A DNA stretch of 64,000 bases from Eledone cirrhosa (lineage: Eukaryota). Positions 1 through 12,712 of the stretch are shown one piece after another. Within the stretch, counting starts at the first letter, position 1; every line of letters starts with the position of its first letter. The stretch is taken from the NCBI GenBank assembly GCA_964016885.1, contig OZ024743.1:36146001-36210000 (forward strand). The letters run 5' to 3'. The notes under the pieces were generated by a model. The model did no database searches. It was not told where the DNA came from and worked only from the letters and a program-made list of their open reading frames with translations. Both the position numbers and the translations under genes were made by a program.

Positions 1-63
1 TATATATATATATATACACATACATATATATATACATTTATATATATATACATATATATATAC

Positions 64-119
<56 letters not shown>

Positions 120-138
120 CCATCTATATATATATATA

Positions 139-193
<55 letters not shown>

Positions 194-210
194 ATCTATA
201 TATATATATA

Positions 211-292
<82 letters not shown>

Positions 293-339
293 TATATATA
301 TACATATATATATATATACATATACATATATATATATAC

Positions 340-397
<58 letters not shown>

Positions 398-449
398 ATA
401 CATATATATATACATTTATATATATATATATATATACATATATATATAC

Positions 450-505
<56 letters not shown>

Positions 506-524
506 CCATCTATATATATATATA

Positions 525-587
<63 letters not shown>
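1..587. repeat. (TA)n microsatellite with TACA/TCCATC variants
   Basis: Direct reading; one of dozens of (TA)n, (CA)n, (TATG)n and (TCTA)n tracts in the window. Confidence 0.95.
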
Positions 588-589
<2 letters not shown>

Positions 590-1597
590 CTCACTAGCTA
601 TACTGATGACACTAAGGTAGCACAGGCAATCAAAAACCCGGCTGACGCTGCCCTCTTACAGCAGGATCTGGATGCCATATACAGATGGGCGGAAGAAAAC
701 AACATGCAGTTTAATGCTGGCAAATTCCAAGCCCTACAATACAAACCTGCAAACACAAACACAAATATAGCGGAACACAGCTACACAGGACCAGGAGGGA
801 CCGATATCCCCGTGTCAAAATCGATACGAGACCTGGGCATAGACATGAGCGATGATGCATCTTTTTCTTCACACATCATGAAGGTGGCGACAGCATGTAG
901 ACGATTCGCTGGCTGGATCTTGAGGACTTTCCTTACAAGAGATCGAGACACCATGTTGACACTGTGGAGGACTTTTGTCCTAAGCCGCCTGCACTACTGC
1001 TCCCAGCTGTGGTCACCCCATAGTGTCAAACTAACGACAGAGCTTGAGGCAATCCAGCGAAGCTACACCAAGAGGATTGCCAAGATGAGGGAGACAAGCT
1101 ACTGGGAGAGGCTGAAGGAACTGAACCTCTACTCCTTGGAGCGAAGACGGGAGAGATACGCAGTGATCTACATGTGGAAAATCCTGGAGGGACTAGCACC
1201 AAACTTTGGCATTGGGAGCTGAACCAACCGTCGAACAGGACGTCACTGTGTGGTGCCAAAGGTCCCGTCTTCCACATCTAGAATAAGGAGCAGGTATTGC
1301 AATAGCCTGGGATTCAAGGGCCCTCAACTCTTCAACAGGCTGCCGAGGCATCTGCGAGACTTGCATGACGTGGAGGTGGATGTCTTTAAGAAACATCTCG
1401 ACACCTTGTTATCCAGGATCCCGGATGAGCCCACAGCAAGACACGAGGGAAACCTAAGGGCAGCAGCAACAAACTCCCTCCTACACCAGTGGCCAACCTA
1501 TACAGGCTGGAGATAAAATGTGTAGCAACAAGGGCGGTGCCCCAGCATGGCCTCAGCCGGATGGCTGAAACAGGTAAAAGAGTAAAAGAGTAAAAGA

Positions 1598-1599
<2 letters not shown>
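588..1599 (+). mobile_element. 5'-truncated CR1/L2-group LINE remnant (RT C-terminal half and 3' UTR) inside (TA)n
   Basis: SYTDDTK (YADD-like), [67 protein letters not shown]. The ORF breaks near 1222/1250. It ends in a CAGCC-GGAT-GGCTG stem-loop and a (GTAAAAGA)x3 tail. Confidence 0.9.
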
Positions 1600-1642
<43 letters not shown>

Positions 1643-1648
1643 TGTGTG

Positions 1649-1708
<60 letters not shown>

Positions 1709-1711
1709 TAC

Positions 1712-1820
<109 letters not shown>

Positions 1821-1824
1821 TGTG

Positions 1825-1868
<44 letters not shown>

Positions 1869-1883
1869 TATATATATACAGCT

Positions 1884-2030
1884 GAAGGCGCATAGATTAG
1901 TGGTTAGAGCATTGGGCTTGCAATCGAAAGGTTGTCAGTTCAATTCTCGGACAGGGTAATGTGTTGTTTCCTTGAGCAAGACACTTTATTTCACGTTGCT
2001 CCAGTTTACTCAGCTGTAGAAATGAGATGA
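1884..2030 (+). mobile_element. tRNA-derived CORE-type SINE (other copies ~40960-41235, ~52980-53110, ~57105-57370, ~61597-61890, ~61975-62320)
   Basis: A-box-like TAGTGGTTAG, B-box-like GTTCAATTC, then CCTTGAGCAAGACACTTTATTTCACGTTGCTCCAGTTTACTCAGCTG, which resembles the MIR CORE domain. Confidence 0.7.
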
Positions 2031-2183
2031 TAGGACTGGGGTCCCTATCATTAAATCATCCAAGACACCTACAACGATATATACCTTGGAGGAGGCCAGC
2101 TAAACCTGCAGATAAACTAGGTTGGAGCTGTAACAACAACAACATATATATATATATATGTATACATACATATATATATGTAT

Positions 2184-2243
<60 letters not shown>

Positions 2244-2269
2244 ATATCGTATTATATAACGGCGATGAA

Positions 2270-2460
2270 TTAGTTTGTGTCTATATTGTATCTGTATTTT
2301 TGACCGTTTGTCAGTCAATGGTAAGATTGAGGACCGAATAAATTAAATTAACCGATATAAAGGACACAGAAGCGAAAACCAACCAAACAGTGAGTGTGTT
2401 TGATTATTAATTCTTAATTCTGGCAATATTATCACACAAATATGAACCTCCCCAAGTATA
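2270..2460 (+). mobile_element. Penelope-like pLTR/3' tail fragment (family A) in (TA)n
   Basis: Reverse complement of 3921-4113; ends CCCCAAG followed by (TA)n. Confidence 0.7.
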
Positions 2461-2532
2461 TATATATATATATATATATATGTTGATCATTTACCGACAC
2501 TTCAGTATTTTTTGTTTTTTATACTCACACAG

Positions 2533-2633
<101 letters not shown>

Positions 2634-2657
2634 GATATTTATATATATACCAATACA

Positions 2658-2703
<46 letters not shown>

Positions 2704-2753
2704 TATATATTTATAATATATGTATACAAATATGTGTATATCTGTATATAATA

Positions 2754-2801
<48 letters not shown>

Positions 2802-2852
2802 TGTATATACACACACATACACCATATACCTGTATATGGTATAAAGTGACTA

Positions 2853-2972
2853 AATGGGTTGATGCCAGGAAGGGCATCTGGCCGTAAAATATTGCCATAA
2901 AAAACGACTATGATATGTATGAAGCCTAGGGTGTGGCCCCCTGATCTAACAAAGAAAAAATGCCGTAAAACA
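2853..2972 (+). mobile_element. RTE-related SINE tail fragment
   Basis: GGGTTGATGCCAGGAAGGGCATCTGGCCGTAAAA resembles the segment conserved in RTE-partnered SINE tails. Confidence 0.45.
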
Positions 2973-3334
2973 CTTGTTAATTAATTAGATTAATAATATA
3001 AACAATAAAGATTAATTAAGATTTCTAATATTAAAAAAAGAGTTCAATAAAAACTATTTTAACTGTATTAGATCATAGTCAAGTTATTAACAAGATAGGT
3101 TACTAACTAGCACTGCACTGTGTTGCTAGCAAAGATGCTTGAATGGAAATCTTGCTAGATTGATATATTTATAAGTAAGTAGTCCTGTAGAATGGTAAGA
3201 AGCACTGAATAATCAAAAAATATCAATCACATTTTAGTGCTGAGCTGAAATTTTCCCACATACTACTGATAAGTACTATTAATATTATTTTCCAAGACAG
3301 TATATATATTATACCATATAAACACACACATGCT

Positions 3335-3368
<34 letters not shown>

Positions 3369-3556
3369 CACCAGAGAGAGAGAGATAGAGGGGGGGGGGA
3401 GTGTGAAAGGAAATATACATGAAATATAGCATACATTAACAGAAATATGATACCAATAATAATTATTTCTTTTTAAGTAGCAGTAATACACTGGATATTT
3501 GCTGGCCTTGTGCCAAAACGTAGAAACAATTATTATAAATAATAATATTAATGGTG

Positions 3557-3593
<37 letters not shown>

Positions 3594-3606
3594 CACACAC
3601 ACACAC

Positions 3607-3654
<48 letters not shown>

Positions 3655-3697
3655 CATATATATAAGATATATATTAGTGATGTTCGTTTTCTTCTTC

Positions 3698-3733
<36 letters not shown>

Positions 3734-3744
3734 ATGTGTGTGTG

Positions 3745-3812
<68 letters not shown>

Positions 3813-3820
3813 TGTATATG

Positions 3821-3851
<31 letters not shown>

Positions 3852-3877
3852 GAATGTATATGTATATATATATATAC

Positions 3878-3920
<43 letters not shown>

Positions 3921-3925
<5 letters not shown>

Positions 3926-4640
3926 ATACTTGGGGAAGGTCATATTTGTGTAATATTGCCAGAATTAATAACAGAACACACTCACTGTTTGGTTGGTTTT
4001 CGCTTTTCGCTTCTGTGTCTTTTATATCGGTAATCTAATTTATTCGGTCCTCAATGTTGCTATTGACTGACCAACGGTCAAAAATAATACAGATACAATA
4101 TAGACACAAACACATATATAATTTATCAAAGTTCTTTCGTTGCACATCTGCAACATCGTCAGTGGTGCTATTGTTTCCTCCCGTTGCATTGTATTTTCTA
4201 CGCCATCTTTATTTAGTCTGTTTATATATTTATTTATTTGTTTATTTTATTTTGTCTTATTTACGCATGCGTATGCGTGTGTGTCTAGTGTTTTGTTTGA
4301 TGTGTGTCCGTGATTGGGTGACTGTGTATTGGTTAATGTATTCTATCTTTACTAGTTTGTGTTTATATGTGTTTGTTGTTATTGTGCTTGTGTATGTATT
4401 TATTTATTTATTTATCTATTTATTTATTTATACTTCTCTTAGGTCAGTGTTGTTTGTTTGGGTATTGTTGTTATTCCATTCATTCTTTCTGTTTAGCCTT
4501 GGCCTTCTAAGTTCTATTTCACTGGCCTCTCTGATTTGCATATCTGCTGCGTCATTTCTATGTTTAGATATTATTCTAATTTCTATGTTGTCTATGTTAC
4601 CGTCGTGTTGTTGTCAGGCATGTTCGTATAGTACTGTTAT
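3921..4640 (-). mobile_element. Degenerate Penelope-like element 3' end (GIY-YIG C-terminal fragment, hammerhead ribozyme, pLTR tail)
   Basis: Minus-strand translation of ~4637-4476 gives TVLYEHA*QQHDGNIDNIEIRIISKHRNDAADMQIREASEIELRRPRLNRKNEW. A hammerhead and a tail ending at (TA)n follow on the same strand. Confidence 0.75.
4125..4166 (-). ncRNA. Minimal type I hammerhead ribozyme motif
   Basis: ACCA CUGACGA U GUUGCA-GAUG-UGCAAC GAAA GAAC UU UGAU. Confidence 0.7.
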
Positions 4641-5079
4641 ATATATTAAACTTGAATTGAACATTTTTCCCAAACTGAAATGTATGAAATTTACTTTAGT
4701 TTACCAGTATTCGCTCACGGAAAGGCATCAACATCACCGCATCTCATTCTCCTATCTAATTTAAACCCTCAAACACTGGCAACTGAAAACATGGCTCGTT
4801 TCTGGCAATAACGTTTCTGAATTTTCTTATCCAGGTTCGTTAGAAATTGAATTTTACACCAGAATTCGTTGCAATGCAGGATTAATCTAGTAGTAAGTGT
4901 CGCATTTTGAAACTGTCTGCGCTTGCTTGATACTATGGTATTATACTGCCTGTAAATTTTGTATCACATTACAAAGAAGAAATGAAGACACTTTTATAAT
5001 AAATGTTACAGACCCCGCACTATCTTAATCCAGTACTGATCCGAAGATGATATTTTGTGAGTGAGAACCGCAAACTGTG

Positions 5080-5870
5080 ACAACCCTCAGTGGTAGAATC
5101 ATTTGAGTATCAGATAAAGTACATCAAACTATGTCAACCCTCAGTGGTAGAATCATTTGAGCATCAGATAAAGTACATCAAACTATGTCAACCCTCAGTG
5201 GTAGAATCATTTGAGCATCAGATAAAGTACATCAAACTATGTCAACCCTCGGTGGTAGAATCATTTCAGTATCAGATAAAGTACATCAAACTATGTCAAC
5301 CCTCAGTGGTAGAATCATTTGAGTATCAGATAAAGTACACCAAACTATGTCAACCCTCAGTGGCAGAATCATTTGAGCATCAGATAAAGTACATCAAACT
5401 ATGTCAACCCTCAGTGGTAGAATCATTTGAGCATCAGATAAAGTACATCAAACTATGTCAACCCTCGGTGGTAGAATCATTTGAGTATCAGATAAAGTAC
5501 ACCAAACTATGTCAACCCTCAGTGGTAGAATCATTTGAGCATCAGATAAAGTACATCAAACTATGTCAACCCTCAGTGGTAGAATCATTTGAGTATCAGA
5601 TAAAGTACATCAAACTATGTCAATCCTCAGTGGTAGAATCATTTGAGTATCAGATAAAGTACATCAAACTATGTCAACCCTCAGTGGTAGAATCATTTGA
5701 GTATCAGATAAAGTACATCAAACTATGTCAACCCTCAGTGGTAGAATCATTTTAGTATCAGATAAAGTACATCAAACTATGTCAACCCTCAGTGGTAGAA
5801 TCATTTGAGTGTCAGATAAAGTACATCAAACTATGTCAACCCTCAGTGGTAGAATCATTTGAATATCAGA
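5080..5870 (+). repeat. 54-bp minisatellite, ~14.5 copies
   Basis: Unit AACTATGTCAACCCTCAGTGGTAGAATCATTTGAGTATCAGATAAAGTACATCA. Confidence 0.95.
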
Positions 5871-6145
5871 CTTTGAGGTATTTAGTTGCGGTTCTTTACG
5901 TTCTGGTTTTAAATTCCGCCAGGGTCAACTTTGCTTTTTCATTCTTCCGTTGTTGGTAAAATAAAGGGACAGTGAAGTTAGGGATCAATTTTGCTCGAAA
6001 TTGCTGACCTTGTGCCTAAATCAGAAACCATTATTATTATCATTATTATTACTGTTGGCAGTATCAGTAGAGGGTTCTGACGCCATGCTTTGACGCATAG
6101 AGTTACGGCCCTTGCCATTCTGAGTTCAAATTATATAGTAATATA

Positions 6146-6333
6146 GGGCGGTGAATTGGCAGTATCGGTAGAGGGTCGGACGCCATGCTTTCCAGCATAG
6201 TTACATCCCTTTACGATCTGAGTTCAAATCCCGCCGAGTATGACTTTGCCTTTCATCCTTACGGGGTCGATAAAATAAAGTACCAGTAATATACTGGGTA
6301 ATTGCTGGCCTTGTGCCTAAAGTAGAAACAATT
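6146..6333 (+). mobile_element. tRNA-derived Meta/MESC-type SINE (partial or inverted copies cluster at 5850-6130 and 6400-6850)
   Basis: A box TGGCAGTATCGGT, B box GAGTTCAAATCC, central GCCTTTCATCCTTACGGGGTCGATAAAATAAAGTACC, tail GCTGGCCTTGTGCC..AGTAGAAACAATT. Confidence 0.85.
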
Positions 6334-7094
6334 ATTTCAAATAGAAACTGTCACAAAATCACCACAGCGTGCTGCATACAACATACGGCAATAATAATGA
6401 TTTCTACTACAGACACAAGGCCAGCAATTTGGGGGAAGGGGAAAGTCAATTAAACTGTTGCCAGTGCGTCACTGGTACTTTATTTTATCGACTCCGTTAG
6501 AATAAAAGGCAAAGCTAACCTCGGCAGGATTTGAACTCAGAACGTAAAGAACCGTAACTCTATGCCAAGAAGCAGGGAATCCGACGCTCTACAGATACTG
6601 CCAATCCCAATAATAATAATTGCTTCTACTTTTGGCACAAGGCCAGCAATTATCACAGTATATTACTGGTACTTTATTTTATCGACCCCGTAAGATGAAA
6701 GGCAAAGTTCTCCTCGGCGGGATTTGAACTCAGATAATAATAATAATAATAAATTGTTTCTACTTTTGGCACAAGGCCAGCAATTACCCAGTGTATTACT
6801 GGTACTTAATTTTATTGACCCCCGTAAGGATGAAAGGCAAAGTTAATCTCGAATTCGGTTGTAGTCCCTCTCAATATCCCTCCATTTTCACCGTTAGTCA
6901 CACCCGAAAGATGGCATTAAGGTCACAACATCCTGTTTTCTCAATTCTTTTCTCTACCTCCCACTTTCCTCTCACTGCTTTTTATTTCTCCCAATACACA
7001 AGCACACATACACTTGAATATACAGTTATACATGTATGTATATACATATTGTATGTATATACATATTGTATACATCAACATATCAGGATTCTTT

Positions 7095-7376
7095 GCGATA
7101 AAATAATAATGAAATTATTGTGTAAAGTGCTCAGGTGCACTACAACTCGTCAAAGGTGCATGTATAGTACATAGAATAATACACAAATGTCAGGGAAGTG
7201 AATAGTGTATGAGTCATGGTATACATGTGTGTATGTGTATGGAGGGGAACATTAGGTGTAGTGTTGGCGAATCTCGGGGAGCATGGAGGCCTTAAAGGAT
7301 GCAGTGTCTCGACAGCTAACAACTGATGCAGGTAGTTTGTTCCATGCTTCAGCAACTCCGAGCGTGAAAAAATGAG
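7095..7376 (-). mobile_element. CR1 LINE 3'-end fragment
   Basis: Minus-strand frame HFFTLGVAEAWNKLPASVVSCRDTASFKASMLPEIRQHYT* matches the CR1 ORF2 C-terminal FF..RV...WN.LP..VV....FK pattern, followed by a 3' UTR. Confidence 0.75.
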
Positions 7377-7461
7377 TGGATAATTCTTTTACGTTTTACT
7401 GCTGAGGCACCGCTTAAATCCAGTCGATCATATCGACCCAGTACTTAATTTTTGTTTTCAA

Positions 7462-7498
7462 GTTATGGTCCACATGGTTCCTTACCACACTTCCTTTG

Positions 7499-7583
<85 letters not shown>

Positions 7584-7770
7584 ACAAAGGAAGTGTGGTA
7601 AGGAACCAGGTGGACCATAAAGCATCAGAGTACTCAATACTTTGGGTAGTTGAGTGGGTAATAGGAAAATGTTCAAGACCCCGACGGCAGAGCTCAAGCC
7701 GTTTCGACGGCTATTTCTGGACCAGAAATAGCCGTCAAACGGCTTGAGCTCTGCCGTCGGGGTCTTGAAC

Positions 7771-7773
<3 letters not shown>
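7462..7773 (-). mobile_element. Fold-back Penelope-like pLTR element, family B
   Basis: Near-perfect hairpin 7668-7773 containing the hammerhead 3' half GAAACGGC..GCCGUC. The tail ends in (TA)n, and an inverted tail copy lies at 7462-7500. Confidence 0.7.
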
Positions 7774-7805
<32 letters not shown>

Positions 7806-7960
7806 AACTTTTAATGTATAACAGCTCTGCATGACCCTCATTGCATTGAGCTAAAATAACACACCTTGTAAATGAGTATACTTACTCCCATTAATATTAT
7901 AATTATAACTATATCATAATATTAGAACTACAATTATATATATATATATATGTCAGAGAG

Positions 7961-8003
<43 letters not shown>

Positions 8004-8204
8004 CAGGCGGTTTCTACCTACGAATACTCACAAGGTATTGGTCAGCCTGGGGCTGTAGTGAAAGAGGCTATTTGTCCAAGGTACAAAGTTTTCAAAATTT
8101 CAATTAGAAGAGAATGAGAATTTCCATGAGTGAGCATTAAAGTCCCTGTCACAAATTACGCGCATAGTCTGTTAATGTGTATTGGGTGTTCAGTTATTGT
8201 TGTG

Positions 8205-8385
8205 GATTGGCAGTATCGGTAGAGGGTCGGACGTCATGCTTTGACGTATAGAGTTACGGCCCTTGCCATTATGAGTTCAAATCCCGCCGAGGTTAACTTT
8301 GCCTTTCATTCTTACGGGGTCGATAAAATAAAGTACCAGTAATGCCTTGGAATATTTGCTGGCCTTGTGCCAAAAGTAGAGACAG

Positions 8386-8388
<3 letters not shown>
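8205..8388 (+). mobile_element. Meta/MESC-type SINE
   Basis: Same A/B boxes, core and tail as 6146-6333. Confidence 0.85.
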
Positions 8389-8430
<42 letters not shown>

Positions 8431-8444
8431 GATCGGTGTTCTGA

Positions 8445-8463
<19 letters not shown>

Positions 8464-8475
<12 letters not shown>

Positions 8476-8934
8476 ATTAAATAAATGGAAACTATATTTA
8501 TAAAACCATATTTATTTCATTATATATATTTCAGGGATATCATATTAACAATATGCTATGCCTTCCTCAGACAAAATACAATATAAACAGTTTTATAGAT
8601 AAATAGATTCGACATACCGTAACAACATCTACTTGCATTTGAGAAGGTTGATTTGGTAGACTACCAAATCAACCTTCTCAAATGCAAGTAGATGTTGTTA
8701 CGGTATGTCGAATCTATTTATCTATAAAACTGTTTATATTGTATTTTGTCTGAGGAAGGCATAGCATATTGTTAATATGATATCCCTGAAATATATATAA
8801 TGAAATAAATATGGTTTTATAAATATAGTTTCCATTTATTTAATATTGTATATATACTCCAAATATTTGTCGAGTGCTTTTATATCAGTTATAAATATTT
8901 ACTAGTTGTAACTCAACAATTTAAATATAACTTT

Positions 8935-8937
<3 letters not shown>
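8464..8937 (+). mobile_element. Fold-back element: ~390-bp perfect palindrome centred at 8660, plus 3' tail, in (TA)n
   Basis: 8464-8659 is the reverse complement of 8661-8856 with a 1-nt loop; a hammerhead lies in each arm. Confidence 0.85.
8743..8806 (+). ncRNA. Hammerhead ribozyme motif (mirror copy on minus strand ~8514-8577)
   Basis: AUUUUGU CUGAGGA AGG..CCU GAAA UAUAUA UA AUGAAAU; stem I pairs using two GU wobbles. Confidence 0.65.
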
Positions 8938-8991
<54 letters not shown>

Positions 8992-8996
<5 letters not shown>

Positions 8997-9076
8997 ATGC
9001 TTGGGGACGGTCATATTTGTGTAATATTGCCAGAATTAATAACCAAACAGTGAGTGTGTTCTGTTATTAATTCTGG

Positions 9077-9080
<4 letters not shown>
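8992..9080 (-). mobile_element. Family A pLTR fragment with an internal inversion forming a hairpin
   Basis: ATATTGCCAGAATTAATAAC...GTTATTAATTCTGGCAATAT, built from the same sequence as 3921-3995. Confidence 0.7.
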
Positions 9081-9135
<55 letters not shown>

Positions 9136-9179
9136 TGTAAAACAAAAAACAAAAACAATAACGAAGAGTGCAGTACAAG

Positions 9180-9364
9180 CAGTGTTAGTATTAGGTCCCG
9201 GGTTCAATCGGGGGTAACCACAGTAAGTAAGGTACTCAATACATAGCAGAGTATAAATATTTAAGATAGAAATGGCTTCTACAGGACTAGAACTGTTTCA
9301 ATCGGGAGAAATCATCATGATGATTTCTCTCGAATGAAACAATTCTAGTTCTGTAGAAGTCATT

Positions 9365-9370
<6 letters not shown>
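9180..9370 (-). mobile_element. Fold-back hammerhead element, family C
   Basis: Hairpin centred on TCATGA (9315-9320), with arms containing TGATGATTTCTCTCGAATGAAAC; the tail matches 17755-17830. Confidence 0.7.
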
Positions 9371-9408
<38 letters not shown>

Positions 9409-9421
9409 AGTAGTAGTAGTT

Positions 9422-9453
<32 letters not shown>

Positions 9454-9734
9454 CGTTTTTTGTTACCAAGCGCCAATCTCAGCCCTGATCCAGTACATTT
9501 ATGAGCAAAGGCGATCGTTCAAGTTGTGTTCCCATGGTATATATATATATATATATTTTAATAGCTGGGACTACATTGTTTCAAATGTATCCATCTTTAT
9601 TCAAGTGGACAGTGTGTTATGAGAGGGAGATTTAGCTGCTATTTCTACCATGTTGATCCACCGTATAGAAGAAGCTCGCGCCTTTGTCGTCTCGTGTAGC
9701 CTAAAACAAAATCTGAATGTCTTCAAGCTGGGCG

Positions 9735-9743
9735 AAAACGTTA

Positions 9744-9810
<67 letters not shown>

Positions 9811-10040
9811 TGTGCCGTTAACGTTAGTGTATATATGTGTGTGTGTGTGTGTCTGTGCCGTTAACGTTAGTGTATATGTGTGTGTGTGCCGTCAACGTTA
9901 GTGTGTGTGTGTGCCGTTAACGTTAGTGTATATATGTGTGTGTGTGTGTGTGTCTGTGCCGTTAACGTTAGTGTATATATGTGAGTTTGTGTGTGTGCCG
10001 TCAACGTTAGTGTATATATATATGTGTGTGTGTGTGTGTC
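9735..10040. repeat. Compound minisatellite GCCGTTAACGTTAGTGTATAT(GT)n
   Basis: About 7 imperfect units separated by (GT)n. Confidence 0.8.
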
Positions 10041-10458
10041 CTTAAGTCAGTGGAAAGGCGGAATAAATATGGATACCGTATTAAAATGGAAAAGATAATA
10101 TAAAATAACTCTCTCTCTCTCTCACACACAGACACTCACACTCACACTCACATACACACTCACTCTCTCACACACACACGCCTACACACAAATACACACA
10201 CGCCTACACACAAATACACACACAGATACATATATAGAGGCAATAAGTAAAATTGTTTTGTGTACTCACCATTTTAAATTCCAGTCTTCATTAGCCACCA
10301 TCTTCCACCACCTCCACCACCACCACCTTCATTGTCATGTGAACAACTCTTCCTTTTTTTTTTGTTTTTTGAAAGTGAGAGAGAAAGAGAGAAAGAAAGA
10401 AACAGAGATTGAGGTGGATGGTACACAGGTAGCGTTGGTGTATATATATATATATGTA

Positions 10459-10531
<73 letters not shown>

Positions 10532-10599
10532 TGTATGTATGTGATTGTAAGTGTTGGTGTATATGTGACTGTGTATATGTGACTGTGTATATGTATGCG

Positions 10600-11732
10600 A
10601 TTGTAAGTATTGGTATATATTAACTGTATGTATGTATGTGTGTAAGCGTTGGTGCATATTAACTGTATGTATATTAACTGTGTGTATATATGTGTTAAGC
10701 GTTGGTATATATAAACTAACTATATGTATCTATGTGTTAAGCGTTGGTGTATTTAAACTGTATGTATGTATATATATGTGTAAGCGTTGGTATATATAAA
10801 CTAACTATATGTATATATGTGTTAAGCGTTGGTGTATATTAACTGTATGTATGTATATATATATGTGTAAGGGTTGGTATATATAAACTAACTATATGTA
10901 TATATGTGTTAAGCGTTGGTGTATATTAACTGTATGTATGTATATATATATGTGTAAGCGTTGGTATAGATAAACTAACTATATGTATATATGTGTTAAG
11001 CGTTGGTGTATATTAACTGTATGTATGTATATATATATGTGTAAGGGTTGGTATATATAAACTAACTATATGTATATATGTGTTAAGCGTTGGTGTATAT
11101 TAACTGTATGTATGTATATATATATGTGTAAGCGTTGGTATATATAAACTAACTATATGTATATATGTGTTAAGCGTTGGTGTATATTAACTGTATGTAT
11201 GTATATATATATGTGTAAGCGTTGGTGTATATAAACTAACTATATGTATATATGTGTTAAGCGTTGGTGTATATTAACTGTATGTATGTATATATATATG
11301 CGTAAGGGTTGGTATATATAAACTAACTATATGTATATATGTGTTAAGCGTTGGTGTATATTAACTGTATGTATGTATATATATATGTGTAAGGGTTGGT
11401 ATATATAAACTAACTATATGTATATATGTGTTAAGCGTTGGTGTATATTAACTGTATGTATGTATATATATATGTGTAAGCGTTGGTATATATAAACTAA
11501 CTATATGTATATATGTGTTAAGCGTTGGTGTATATTAACTGTATGTATGTATATATAAACTATATGTATGTATATATGTGTTAAGCGTTGGTATATATAA
11601 ACTATATGTATGTATATATGTGTGTAAGCGTTGGTATATATAAACTATATAAACTATATGTATGTATATATGTGTGTAAGCGTTGGTATAAATATATATA
11701 AACTATATGTATGTATATATGTGTGTAAGCGT
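10600..11732. repeat. Minisatellite with an ~87-bp higher-order unit (42+45-bp subunits, AAGCGTTGGT core)
   Basis: Alternating AAG(C/G)GTTGGTATATATAAACTAACTATATG.. and AAGCGTTGGTGTATATTAACTGTATG.. units. Confidence 0.9.
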
Positions 11733-11734
11733 TG

Positions 11735-11910
11735 TTGTTGTTAACTATGATCAAAGGGATTCCAGCCGTGGCTATCTCGTCTTGTATATCAGGCACTACC
11801 ACATTGTATCCTTTCCTTTTCCTTAGACGGTAGGGTATAATATGAGGCAGAGTTTTGACTGTTATTGCAAGTAGCTAGAGCGGCTGCGTAAACGACTCCC
11901 TGCTTCGCTC
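11735..11910. repeat. Old dispersed repeat (related copies ~9450-9680 and ~15105-15320)
   Basis: Shared TATGATCAAAGG..TTCCAGCCGTG and GATTT(A/G)GCTGCTATTTCTA motifs. Confidence 0.4.
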
Positions 11911-12013
11911 ATGTCTGCCGCCTCTCTACTGTATGTATGTCGAAACGGTCTTTTCACTGAAGCTTACTATGTTTGTTTAGTTTTTATTTTATTATTTTTA
12001 TTTTTAACATTCA

Positions 12014-12078
<65 letters not shown>

Positions 12079-12215
12079 TGTTGTTGTTGTTGTTGTTTTT
12101 GTTGTTGTTGTTGTTGCAATTAATATCTTCGTTCAAAGCTATATTCGAGTTAATAAGATATTTCCTGCTTACACACTCCCACTCCCACTCCCACTCATCA
12201 CAATCAACATCATCG

Positions 12216-12246
<31 letters not shown>

Positions 12247-12532
12247 CATCCTCATTACCACCACCACCAACATCAAACAACCCCACCACCAGCACCACCA
12301 TCACCATCATCATCATCATCATCATCATCACCACTATCATTACCGCCACCACCGCCATCAAACGACCCCACCACCACTACCACTACCACCACTACCACCA
12401 CCACCATCACCACCGTCATCATCATCATCACCACCATTTATTATAATAATTAAACCTCATTGACTTATGATGTAAAATGGTAAATTGTTCTTCTGCATGT
12501 CAGAAGTCATCGTCATTAACACCCACAACAGC

Positions 12533-12585
<53 letters not shown>

Positions 12586-12712
12586 CGACGACAACCACAA
12601 CAGCAACAACAACAACAACAACAGCAACATCATCATCATCATCATCATCATCATCACCATTTATCATAATTAAACCTCATTGACTTATGATGTAAAATGT
12701 TATAATTGTTGT
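12014..12712. repeat. Compound trinucleotide array (TCG, TTG, CAT, CAC, AAC) with a duplicated ~55-bp unique segment
   Basis: ATAATTAAACCTCATTGACTTATGATGTAAAATG at ~12446 and ~12666. Confidence 0.85.

Noticed and set aside
4054-4764. 236-aa hydrophobic plus-strand ORF
   Set aside because: Antisense shadow of the A-rich Penelope-like remnant
5090-5755. 221-aa repeat protein or CRISPR-like array
   Set aside because: Pure 54-bp tandem repeat with no unique spacers and no cas genes, in a eukaryotic context; the ORF exists only because the unit is a multiple of 3
6146-6240. tRNA genes at A/B-box motifs
   Set aside because: These are SINE heads continuing into core and tail, with no complete cloverleaf
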